DNA of 64,000 nucleotides from an uncultured Verrucomicrobiae bacterium (lineage in GTDB: Bacteria > Verrucomicrobiota > Verrucomicrobiia > Chthoniobacterales > Terrimicrobiaceae). The stretch lies in assembly GCA_963706955.1 (NCBI GenBank), contig CAVPOC010000007.1, positions 50,086 to 114,085 on the forward strand, in the 5' to 3' direction. Below, piece by piece: positions 63,781-64,000 of the stretch (position 1 is the first letter of the stretch; each line of letters opens with the position of its first letter). Below the pieces are notes generated by a model. It did not search any database, was not told the origin of the DNA, and worked only from the letters and a program-made list of their open reading frames with translations. The position numbers and the translations under genes are program-made.

Positions 63781-64000
63781 ACCCTCTCACGGCAGGGTCA
63801 GCCGAACCTCAAAAGTCGTTCGCCTTCAGTTGCAGCGTTTTGAAACGTATTTGCGGGCTACCGTCGGCCATCGAAACCGTCGTAGGAACGCACTCGTTTA
63901 CTAGTTTTCATTGAGGTAATTACCCGGACCGCGTCGCGCCAGGGAAACTCCTTAGGCATAATTCAGGCAACACCCGATGCAACATTTCCTCCGCACGCGC

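Overview
GC-rich bacterial chromosome segment, probably Verrucomicrobiota/Chthoniobacterales-like (inferred from protein style, not from a search). Layout: (1) 1-13 kb, an inositol/sugar catabolic cluster (Gfo/Idh/MocA dehydrogenases, iolE, tandem gabD paralogues, DeoR regulator, sugar ABC transporter). (2) 13-31.6 kb, housekeeping genes (mannose-1-P guanylyltransferase, valS, amidase, murI, mqnC, HD nuclease, mlaDFE, carB, rpsO, pnp). (3) 31.6-33.6 kb, a mobile-DNA hotspot with an IS630 at the pnp stop codon, REP doublets and a truncated RAYT transposase. (4) 33.7-54.5 kb, a mosaic polyol/sugar island bracketed by near-identical REP doublets and carrying three copies of one XylR-linked promoter cassette. 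(5) 54.6-64 kb: nuoEF, a WYL regulator with a divergent unannotated micro-ORF, metF and assorted enzymes. The most striking signal is a 55-nt tract in the IS630 transposase (32516-32570) where every top-strand C appears converted to T while the Gs are intact. About 11 single-base frameshifts, including in valS and carB, are most likely sequencing errors. No rRNA, tRNA or CRISPR array was seen.
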